Positions 57,008 through 64,000 of a DNA stretch of 64,000 bases are shown piece after piece (position 1 is the first letter of the stretch; each line of letters begins with the position of its first letter). A program made the position numbers and the translations under genes. This DNA is from Gemmatimonadota bacterium (GTDB lineage Bacteria > Gemmatimonadota > Gemmatimonadetes > Gemmatimonadales > Gemmatimonadaceae), in NCBI GenBank assembly GCA_031372565.1, contig JANMLN010000057.1:1-64000 (forward strand), written 5' to 3'. Under the pieces are notes generated by a model. It was not told the origin of the DNA, did not search any database, and saw only the letters and a program-made list of their open reading frames with translations.

Positions 57008-58219
57008 GTGACTGTAAAGGCCAATTCCCAAGCTGCCGAAACGGATGTCCCGCCGCGTGCGAGCGGTACTCCGTCCGCCGATGTCCTCCCCGAGGCGGCG
57101 CTCTCCCTGCTACGGCAGCTGACCGGGCCGCACGGCATTCAGGCGTCCGCCGCTCACGGGGCGACGGCGGAGTATCACGCCGTCTTCACGCGCGACGCCA
57201 TCATGGCGGGGATCGCCGGCCTCCTGGCCGACGATCCGAGGATCGCCGAGGGGCTGGGATGCACGCTCGACACGCTGTGCGCCAACCTGGGCGCCGAAGG
57301 ACAAGTCCCCTCCAACGTGCGCATCCTCTCCAGCGGAGAGGCGCACGTCTCATTCGGATCCCTCGCGCCGCGTCTCGACGGTGCCGGCTGGTTCCTCGTG
57401 GGTGCCGGGCTTGCCGTGCGGCATGGCGTGCGCGAGGCCGCCCCGTTGGCGGACGCGGTGCATCGCGTGGTGCGGCTGCTCGACGCCCTCGAGTACAACG
57501 GGCGGCACCTGCTCTATCTGCCCGCCGGCGGCAACTGGGCTGACGAGTACGTGACCGACGGCTGGACACTCTCCGACCAGGCGCTGCGAGCGTGGGGCCT
57601 CCAGCTCTGCGCCACGGCCTTTGGCCAGCCGGCATGGGCAACGAAGGCCGACGCCATCGGCGCTGCGGTCGCCGAGCGCTTCCGCGATCACGACGCCGAC
57701 GGCCCCGGCCCACACTGGCCGCTGGCGAGCGTGAACCCCACCGGCGCTCGCCGCACACTTGACCTCGCGGGCTGTGCCCTCCTCGGCGTGGCAGGCACAG
57801 CCGGGCCGCTCGCGGACGACGCCCTCGACGCGATCACGGCGCGGTTCCTGACCGCGGGGCGGCTGCCTCCTGCCTTCCACCCGGTGATTCACGAGGGCGA
57901 TGCCGAGTGGCCCGCCCTGCGGCGCTATCACCTGCATGCCTTCCGCAACGCGCCGCACGAATACCACAACGGCGGCATCTGGCCGATCTGGCTCGGCTGG
58001 CTCGCGCTCGCGCTTGCCGCGCGCCAGCGAACCGAGGCCCTCGCCACGTTGCGCGCGCTCGTGTCCCGCGCCGTCAACGTGCCGGGCTTCGCCCAGCACG
58101 AGTTCCTGCATGGCGAGACGCTGGCGCCGATGGGGAATGCCGACATGGCGTACACGGCCACAGGACTCGTGATGCTCGCGGTCGCCGGCACCCCCGCCCA
58201 ACGCCGCACCCTGGAATGA
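57008..58219 (+). CDS. (alpha/alpha)6-barrel glycoside hydrolase, GH100 (alkaline invertase)-like; start uncertain
   Basis: Y.AVFTRDA, GQVPSNV, GNWADEY, EYHNGGIWP, EFLHG.T. Confidence 0.72.
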   Translation: MTVKANSQAAETDVPPRASGTPSADVLPEAALSLLRQLTGPHGIQASAAHGATAEYHAVFTRDAIMAGIAGLLADDPRIAEGLGCTLDTLCANLGAEGQVPSNVRILSSGEAHVSFGSLAPRLDGAGWFLVGAGLAVRHGVREAAPLADAVHRVVRLLDALEYNGRHLLYLPAGGNWADEYVTDGWTLSDQALRAWGLQLCATAFGQPAWATKADAIGAAVAERFRDHDADGPGPHWPLASVNPTGARRTLDLAGCALLGVAGTAGPLADDALDAITARFLTAGRLPPAFHPVIHEGDAEWPALRRYHLHAFRNAPHEYHNGGIWPIWLGWLALALAARQRTEALATLRALVSRAVNVPGFAQHEFLHGETLAPMGNADMAYTATGLVMLAVAGTPAQRRTLE

Positions 58220-58893
58220 GCACGCCCGACGCGCACGCCAACAACGACGCGCACGCGATGCCGCGCGTCCCCGTCGGCACAGCCCTCGTAGGACTGCTGG
58301 CGCCGCTCCTCGGCGCCGTGCGCGCCGGCACCGCACGGCTCGTCATCGGATTCGGCGGTGAATCCGGGAGCGGCAAGAGCGAGACGGCGCGCGCCGTTGC
58401 GGTGGCCCTCGGCACCGAGGGAATCGACGCCATCGTCCTGCATCAGGACGACTACTTCCTGCGCCCCCCGTACACGAATCACGCTTGGCGGCAGGCAGGC
58501 GGCCTCGAACGCGTCGGGCCGCACGAGGTGGATCTGCCGCGGCTCACCACCCACATCGCGGCCTTCCGGCGAGGCGATGCCGACGTCACGGGGCCGCGCG
58601 TGGTCTATGCCGAGGACCGCTTCGACGAGCGGCGCCTCGATTTCTCCAGTGCCCGGGTGCTCTGCGTCGAGGGCACCTACGTCCTCACGCTCGACGATCT
58701 CGACGCGCGCGTGTTCTTCTCGGCCACGCATGCCCAGACCGCCGAGCGCCGCGCCGAGCGCGCGCGTGCGGCCGAGGAGCTGACACCATTCGTGGCCCGC
58801 GTGCTCGCACACGAACACGCGCTTATCGCGCCGCTCGCGGCGCGCGCCGACATCATCGTGGACGCGGACTTCCGGATCGTGTCGCCGCGCTGA
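58216..58893 (+). CDS. Uridine-kinase-like P-loop kinase
   Basis: ATGA overlap; IGFGGESGSGKS, LHQDDYF, VEGTY, RRAER, ADIIV. Confidence 0.8.
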   Translation: MSTPDAHANNDAHAMPRVPVGTALVGLLAPLLGAVRAGTARLVIGFGGESGSGKSETARAVAVALGTEGIDAIVLHQDDYFLRPPYTNHAWRQAGGLERVGPHEVDLPRLTTHIAAFRRGDADVTGPRVVYAEDRFDERRLDFSSARVLCVEGTYVLTLDDLDARVFFSATHAQTAERRAERARAAEELTPFVARVLAHEHALIAPLAARADIIVDADFRIVSPR

Positions 58894-61800
58894 CCGGTGG
58901 CGCGTCCGGGAGACGCAGAATCGTCAGGGTCTGGTTGTTGCGTGCGGCGACGATCGCCCGCCCTCCGCGAGCGAGGCGCAGCACGCGCAAGTGGCGTACA
59001 TCGCCGTCCAAGCGCAGGCCGCTCGAGTCCGGATGCACCGGCGCAAACTTCCCGTCCCCGGTTCCGCGCAGCAACAGCCCCTCGCCTGCGTCATACCAGC
59101 CTTGCAACGGCGGCGCTCCGTGTTCGTTGCCCGCCGCGAGTACATCCACGCGTCCGTCACCGTCCACGTCGGTGACGATCGCCGCATGGATCGGCGCGAG
59201 TTGCGCGAGCGTCGGCAGCGGCGTGAGCACGAAGCGCGCTCCGCGGTTCATGGCGATCGCGCTGGCAAAGGTGCGCGCCTCGCGCACGGTCGCCTTCGCC
59301 AGGTCCGCCGCCGGAAAGAGCTGCTCGAGCGTACTCGCGCCGAACGACGCATACGTCGGATACTTCGGTCGCAACGACGGCACCAGCTTCACGATCTCGT
59401 CGCGGCCTTGCATCGGGTAGGCCGCGCCGTGCTTGAAGAAGGTGAGCGGCTGCTCCAGCGTCCCGTTGTGCTGGAAGTCCGCGATCGTCAACCGCGCGGG
59501 CTCGGCGTCGCTTGCGGTGATGTAGGAATTGCGGCCCAGATTCCCGAGCACGAGGTCGTCGCGGCCGTCGCCATCCAGGTCGGCGGCGGTCACGTGGTTC
59601 CACCATCCTTCGGTGCGCGCAAGCCCGACCTGCGCTGTAGCGTCGGTGAAGCGCCCCTGCGCCTGCCGGAACACGCGCACCGGCATCCACTCGCCCACCA
59701 CGATCAGGTCCAACAGTCGGTCGCCGTCAACATCGGTCCACGCCGCCGATGCGACCATGCCGGCCTGCGCCAGCGCGGGCGCAACCTGCGCCGTCACGTC
59801 GGTGAACCGTCCCGTGCCGTCGTTGTGCAGCAGGTGGCTCGCGGGCGTGAGCCCGTACTGCCGTGAGACGACGCGTGCGCCGAGAAAGAGATCGGGGTGC
59901 CCGTCGCCGTCGTAGTCGCCGACTGTGACGCAGCCGAAGTTCTCGAAGATCGCCGGCAGCGCGTCGGGCGCGGCGCTGAAGCTGCCTCGGCCGTCGTTGA
60001 GGTACAGGCGCGGCCGCAGCTGCGGCGCGTTGCCCCAGAACTCGTTCCCAGCGGGCACCACGACCAGATCGAGGTCGCCGTCGCCGTCGACGTCCACAAA
60101 GGCCGCATCCACATCCTCTGAGGTGCTGTCGGCGGCGATCGCGGGCTGTGTCATCGGGACGAAGCGTCCGTCGGCCCCCTGTCGCAGGACGGTCGATGGC
60201 TGGAACTTGGCACCACCCACGAACAGATCGTCACGCCCGTCGCCGTCCACATCCCCGACCGCGAGCGCCGGACCGAGTCGCGAGAGGAGGTGCGGCATCA
60301 TCGGCTCGCGATCGAAGTCCTGCGACTCGGTCTCGTGGTGCACCCACGCGAGCCCCGTCATGGCCGTCACATCGCGCAGCAGCGTCGGCACCGTCAGCGG
60401 CGGTCGGGCCGAGCGCCGGACCGCGTCCGCTTGGCGCAGCACGAGTCCGCGATTGGCCGGCGGGCGCGCGATGACTTGATCCCGGCCGTCCGGCCACCTG
60501 ACCACGACGGAATCGACCACGGTGTCGCGCCCGAGACCGAAGTGCAACCGAGGGTCCACGCTGGACTGGAATCCACGCGTCGGCACGGCCTCGCGCAGTT
60601 GCGCCCCTCCGGCGGAATACAGGCGCACGCGCGCGCCGATTCCCCCGGTGTTCGCCCCGTCGCCCGAGAGCGTCACGGTGAGCGAAGCGTTGCCGTTCCG
60701 CTGCCTCGCCATGTTCCGGTAGATCGATGCCGGCGCGTTGATCCGGCTCAGCACCAGGTCCAGCGACCCGGTGTTGTCGAGGTCGACGTAGATCGCCCCA
60801 TTGGAGAAGCCGCGCTCACCCAGGCCCCACTCAGCGGCCTTGTCCGTGAAGTGCAGCTCCCCGTCATTCCGGAAAAGATGGTTCGCGACCGGCACCTGCG
60901 GCATGCGCGTGAGGAGCGCCAGCGCCTTCTCGTCGACGCCGTTCGCCAGCGACGCCTGCTGGGCATCATTGCCGACGAAGTTGATGTAGTCGAGGTCGTT
61001 CGGCCGGCGATAGATCCCGCTCGAGACGAACAGGTCCTGGCGGCCGTCGTTGTCCACGTCCGCAAAGAGCGGCGCCCAGCTCCAATCCGTCGCGGCAACG
61101 CCCGCGAGGAAGGCGACATCGGAGAAGCGCCCGCCCCCGCGATTGAGCTGCAACGTGTTGCGGGCAAACTGCGCGTGATACCCCGCCTTGAGTCGCAGAT
61201 TGAACAGGTTCCATGACTCCGACGCGGCCGACGTCTTGAGGACGTCCTCACGGTCGGGGAACATGTCGGCGACAAACAGGTCGGGCCGCCCGTCATTATC
61301 CACGTCCCCCGCGTCCACTCCCATCGAGAAGCGACTCGTGTGCCGGGTGGCAGACGAGATCCGCTCCGTGAAGCGGCCGTTGCACTCGTTGTGGTACAGG
61401 AAGTCCTGCTCCTGGAAGTCATTCGCGACGTAGACGTCGAGGCACCCGTCGCCGTCGTAGTCGGTGGCCACTACCCCTAAGCCGAACCCTTCGATGCCGC
61501 CGAAGATGCCGGCCTCGGCCGAGACATCGGCGAACCGTCCGCGATCATTGCGGAAGAGCCGACCGCCGCCGAGGGGGCTCCGCACGTCGCGCTTGAGCGC
61601 GCTGCCGATGGCGCGCTCGGTGTGCGTGGAGTGACTCAACAGGAACAGGTCGAGGTCGCCGTCGCGGTCGTAGTCGAGGAAGAGCGCTTGCGTCGAGTAG
61701 CCGACATGCGCCAGGCCCACTGACTCGGCGCGGTCGGTGAAGGTGCCGTCCCCGTTGTTGATGTACAGGGCGTTGCGTCCCTTCAGGCCGAGGTAGGTGA

Positions 61801-62272
61801 CGGTCGAGACGTAGATGTCGAGTCGGCCGTCGCCGTTGACGTCGGCCATCGCCACGCCGGTCTTCCATCCATCCGGCCCAGCGACGCCCGCGCGGTCGGT
61901 GACGTCCTCGAACCGGTAGCCGCCGCGGTTCAGGTAGAGCCGGTTCTTTCCGAGGTTGCTCGTGAAGTACAGGTCGGGGCGGCCATCGCCATCCACATCA
62001 CCCGCCGCGACGCCACCGCCGTTGTAGTAGTACAGGTAGTTCAGGATGTTGATGTCCTTCGCCTCGGGCAGCTCGTTGGCGAAGGACACCCCCGTCGCGG
62101 ACGGCGCAAGCGACTCGAACAGTGGCGCCTCCGCCGTGGGGGCCGCGCCTTTACCCGTTGAGGACACGCCTCCGGCGCGATCGCCGCATCCCGACAGCAC
62201 CACGAGCGTCGCGACCAGAGCACGTATCGCACGCGCAGCCGTGCCGCATGTTCGGCGACGACGCGGCACCAC
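58853..62272 (-). CDS. FG-GAP/VCBS-repeat ASPIC-UnbV (CRTAC1-like) lipoprotein
   Basis: Lipobox LSGC; YYYNGGGVAAGDVDGDGRPDLYF and many DxDxDGxxD Ca-binding loops; central GIGARV...RGFQSS...LHFGLG...V.WPDG (ASPIC/UnbV). Confidence 0.9.
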   Translation of the reverse strand: MVPRRRRTCGTAARAIRALVATLVVLSGCGDRAGGVSSTGKGAAPTAEAPLFESLAPSATGVSFANELPEAKDINILNYLYYYNGGGVAAGDVDGDGRPDLYFTSNLGKNRLYLNRGGYRFEDVTDRAGVAGPDGWKTGVAMADVNGDGRLDIYVSTVTYLGLKGRNALYINNGDGTFTDRAESVGLAHVGYSTQALFLDYDRDGDLDLFLLSHSTHTERAIGSALKRDVRSPLGGGRLFRNDRGRFADVSAEAGIFGGIEGFGLGVVATDYDGDGCLDVYVANDFQEQDFLYHNECNGRFTERISSATRHTSRFSMGVDAGDVDNDGRPDLFVADMFPDREDVLKTSAASESWNLFNLRLKAGYHAQFARNTLQLNRGGGRFSDVAFLAGVAATDWSWAPLFADVDNDGRQDLFVSSGIYRRPNDLDYINFVGNDAQQASLANGVDEKALALLTRMPQVPVANHLFRNDGELHFTDKAAEWGLGERGFSNGAIYVDLDNTGSLDLVLSRINAPASIYRNMARQRNGNASLTVTLSGDGANTGGIGARVRLYSAGGAQLREAVPTRGFQSSVDPRLHFGLGRDTVVDSVVVRWPDGRDQVIARPPANRGLVLRQADAVRRSARPPLTVPTLLRDVTAMTGLAWVHHETESQDFDREPMMPHLLSRLGPALAVGDVDGDGRDDLFVGGAKFQPSTVLRQGADGRFVPMTQPAIAADSTSEDVDAAFVDVDGDGDLDLVVVPAGNEFWGNAPQLRPRLYLNDGRGSFSAAPDALPAIFENFGCVTVGDYDGDGHPDLFLGARVVSRQYGLTPASHLLHNDGTGRFTDVTAQVAPALAQAGMVASAAWTDVDGDRLLDLIVVGEWMPVRVFRQAQGRFTDATAQVGLARTEGWWNHVTAADLDGDGRDDLVLGNLGRNSYITASDAEPARLTIADFQHNGTLEQPLTFFKHGAAYPMQGRDEIVKLVPSLRPKYPTYASFGASTLEQLFPAADLAKATVREARTFASAIAMNRGARFVLTPLPTLAQLAPIHAAIVTDVDGDGRVDVLAAGNEHGAPPLQGWYDAGEGLLLRGTGDGKFAPVHPDSSGLRLDGDVRHLRVLRLARGGRAIVAARNNQTLTILRLPDAPPVSAATRSGSPRPR

Positions 62273-63646
62273 TCAGCGACCGACCGTCGACGTCGCGCCG
62301 GCCTGGGCCACGGCCCGTCCACTCGGCAATCGCGCCGCCACGGCGGCGCCTACCTGACGGCCCGACTTGAGCCCCTCGTCGAGCGCCTGACGGTAGTGAA
62401 TGCCGCCGTAGAGCCGACTGATGGACGCCTCGTCCGCCGCCTGCTGGAACGAGGTGAAGGAGCGCACGGGCAGTCCGTACCCGATCTCGGAGGAGTCGGC
62501 GAAGGCGAACCCCTCGCCGAAGACGTGCGTGAGGGCCGTCGCTGCCGCGCCGGAGATGACGCTGTGCCCACTCGGATATTCCGGGAACGGCGGCGTCTGC
62601 AGCAACGGGGTCCACTGTTCGTCCACGTACTTGTTGATCACGGTTTCCGGGCGGATGCGGGCACTCCGGTACTTCTCCTCCCACGCCGCCAGAAAGCCGT
62701 CCGCCAGCGCGACCGCCACATGCACGTACGCGTCGGCGCTCGACATGATATCGGCCCCAGCCTTGCGGGCTGCGAGGGCCGCGATCCCCATCCAGTGTCC
62801 GCCTGGCGAGATCTTCTTCGTGGCGAACATCGTGTGTCCCTGCACGTTCATCACGTACGGGTTGCAGTCCCAGAACGCCGCGATCGCGCGCTGCTCGGCC
62901 GTGAGCGAGCGTCCCACGTCGCGCGCCTCGAGCACCTGACGCATGTACGGACTGCTGCGCGAGGTGTCGAAGGCGAACGGCGCCACCGGGCGGAACTGAC
63001 TGGCCGAATCGAGCACGAACGGCCGGATGCGCCCCCAGTTGGGCTCCACCGCGTCCATGTAGGCCGGCGGCGTCGGGATCCAGCGTCCAGGTTCGTCGCG
63101 GATCGTGAACTTCGATGCGCCGCGCGTGGCGAGGTACCCATCCGCCTTCGCCCACGCGAGGACGTGCTGCGCCACCTGCTCGGCCCACGCCACGGTACGA
63201 TCGGCGGTCGCGCCGTTCACTCCTGCAGCCCGGAAGACGCGATCCATGGAATCCTTCGTCGCCTTCACGCGGTCCTGCGAGAAGGTGAGGGGGGTCGCCA
63301 CGGCGAGGTAGGCATGCACACCGGCCATTGGCCAGTCCACCCCTTCCGGCGGTGCGGGGAGCGCGCCGAGGTCGCGCAGTCGACCGCCGAGCGTGGCGCG
63401 GCCTGGGTGCCCCGGACGCATCGCCTCGTAGGCCGCGATGCTGGCGTACGCGTACACACGCGCCGCCTGCGGCGGCGAGAAGATGTCGTACACGATCACG
63501 TCCGTCACGCGCTGGACGGCGGCGTGCAGCGTGGCCGCGTCGGAGGCGGCGGTGCGCGGCGTCGGGCGCGAACAGGCCGCGCCCACGATCAGCATCGCGA
63601 ACACGGCGCGACGCGCCGCACCGGTGGTTGGCATGGCTCCCATCAC
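62273..63646 (-). CDS. Vanadium-dependent haloperoxidase/PAP2-superfamily lipoprotein
   Basis: Lipobox GAAC; FSPPQAAR.YAY, PGGHW, K-x6-RP (KYRSARIRP), YPSGHS, SRLYGGIHY. Confidence 0.88.
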   Translation of the reverse strand: MMGAMPTTGAARRAVFAMLIVGAACSRPTPRTAASDAATLHAAVQRVTDVIVYDIFSPPQAARVYAYASIAAYEAMRPGHPGRATLGGRLRDLGALPAPPEGVDWPMAGVHAYLAVATPLTFSQDRVKATKDSMDRVFRAAGVNGATADRTVAWAEQVAQHVLAWAKADGYLATRGASKFTIRDEPGRWIPTPPAYMDAVEPNWGRIRPFVLDSASQFRPVAPFAFDTSRSSPYMRQVLEARDVGRSLTAEQRAIAAFWDCNPYVMNVQGHTMFATKKISPGGHWMGIAALAARKAGADIMSSADAYVHVAVALADGFLAAWEEKYRSARIRPETVINKYVDEQWTPLLQTPPFPEYPSGHSVISGAAATALTHVFGEGFAFADSSEIGYGLPVRSFTSFQQAADEASISRLYGGIHYRQALDEGLKSGRQVGAAVAARLPSGRAVAQAGATSTVGR

Positions 63647-63999
63647 TTGGCGCTCCGTGCCGCGGCAAAGACCCGCGGCGTGTCATTGTTCCTCACGGCG
63701 ACAATCTGCCAGCCCGCGCGCGTCCGCACGCGGTGCAGGGCACGCACCTCGCCGCGCACGTCGAACCCGCTCTCGAGCGCGCGCAGCGGGCGCCACGAGC
63801 CGTCGCGTGCACCCTCCAGCACGAGGCCATCGAGCCCTTCCATCCGCGCGAATTCCGGCTTCAGACCGAAGAAGTTGCCCGCGACGACGAGATCCGGTAC
63901 CCCATCCCCGGTGAGGTCCTGGGCGAGCAGGGCGTACAGCGGCGTCCGCTGCGCCTCGTCCGGGAGCGCCGTCACGGCGTAGCGTCCGCCCCCGAGGTT
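63643..63999 (-). CDS. C-terminus of a second FG-GAP/ASPIC-UnbV protein (truncated by window edge)
   Basis: LP..AQ..P...DLTGDGVPDLVVAGN...SG....GEVR...VAVRNND parallels the C-terminus of 58853..62272. Confidence 0.82.
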   Translation of the reverse strand, partial: NLGGGRYAVTALPDEAQRTPLYALLAQDLTGDGVPDLVVAGNFFGLKPEFARMEGLDGLVLEGARDGSWRPLRALESGFDVRGEVRALHRVRTRAGWQIVAVRNNDTPRVFAAARSAK

Positions 64000-64000
64000 C

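Noticed and set aside
59500..62050. Repeated GTCGCCGTCG-like DNA motifs
   Set aside because: They encode the DxDGDG loops of FG-GAP repeats and are not an independent DNA repeat.

Overview
GC-rich bacterial window, most likely from a phototrophic member of the Gemmatimonadota. This is inferred from the antenna and reaction-centre peptides and the gene order. Left to right: (1) a MacAB-like ABC export operon with one adaptor, one ATPase and eight tandem MacB-type permeases arranged as four alternating A/B pairs; (2) a few membrane and lipoprotein genes; (3) half of an anoxygenic photosynthesis gene cluster (puhE-bchD-bchI | crtF-bchCXYZ | bchO | pufB-pufA-pufA-pufLMC), with PpsR-type operators overlapping sigma70-like promoters and two antenna genes too short for the ORF track, pointing to a double-ring antenna; (4) a TerY vWA-PP2C-kinase triad extended by two paralogous, uncharacterised single-pass receptor-like proteins, which is the best candidate for an undescribed system; (5) a ~21 kb sugar-utilisation region (GH97, GH13, 3-keto-glycoside enzymes, fructan module, GH1, GH30, trehalase, GH100-like protein plus P-loop kinase); (6) FG-GAP/ASPIC-UnbV proteins flanking a vanadium-haloperoxidase-like gene. 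I saw no rRNA, tRNA, CRISPR array or mobile element. All family calls come from motif recognition by eye; no database search was run.
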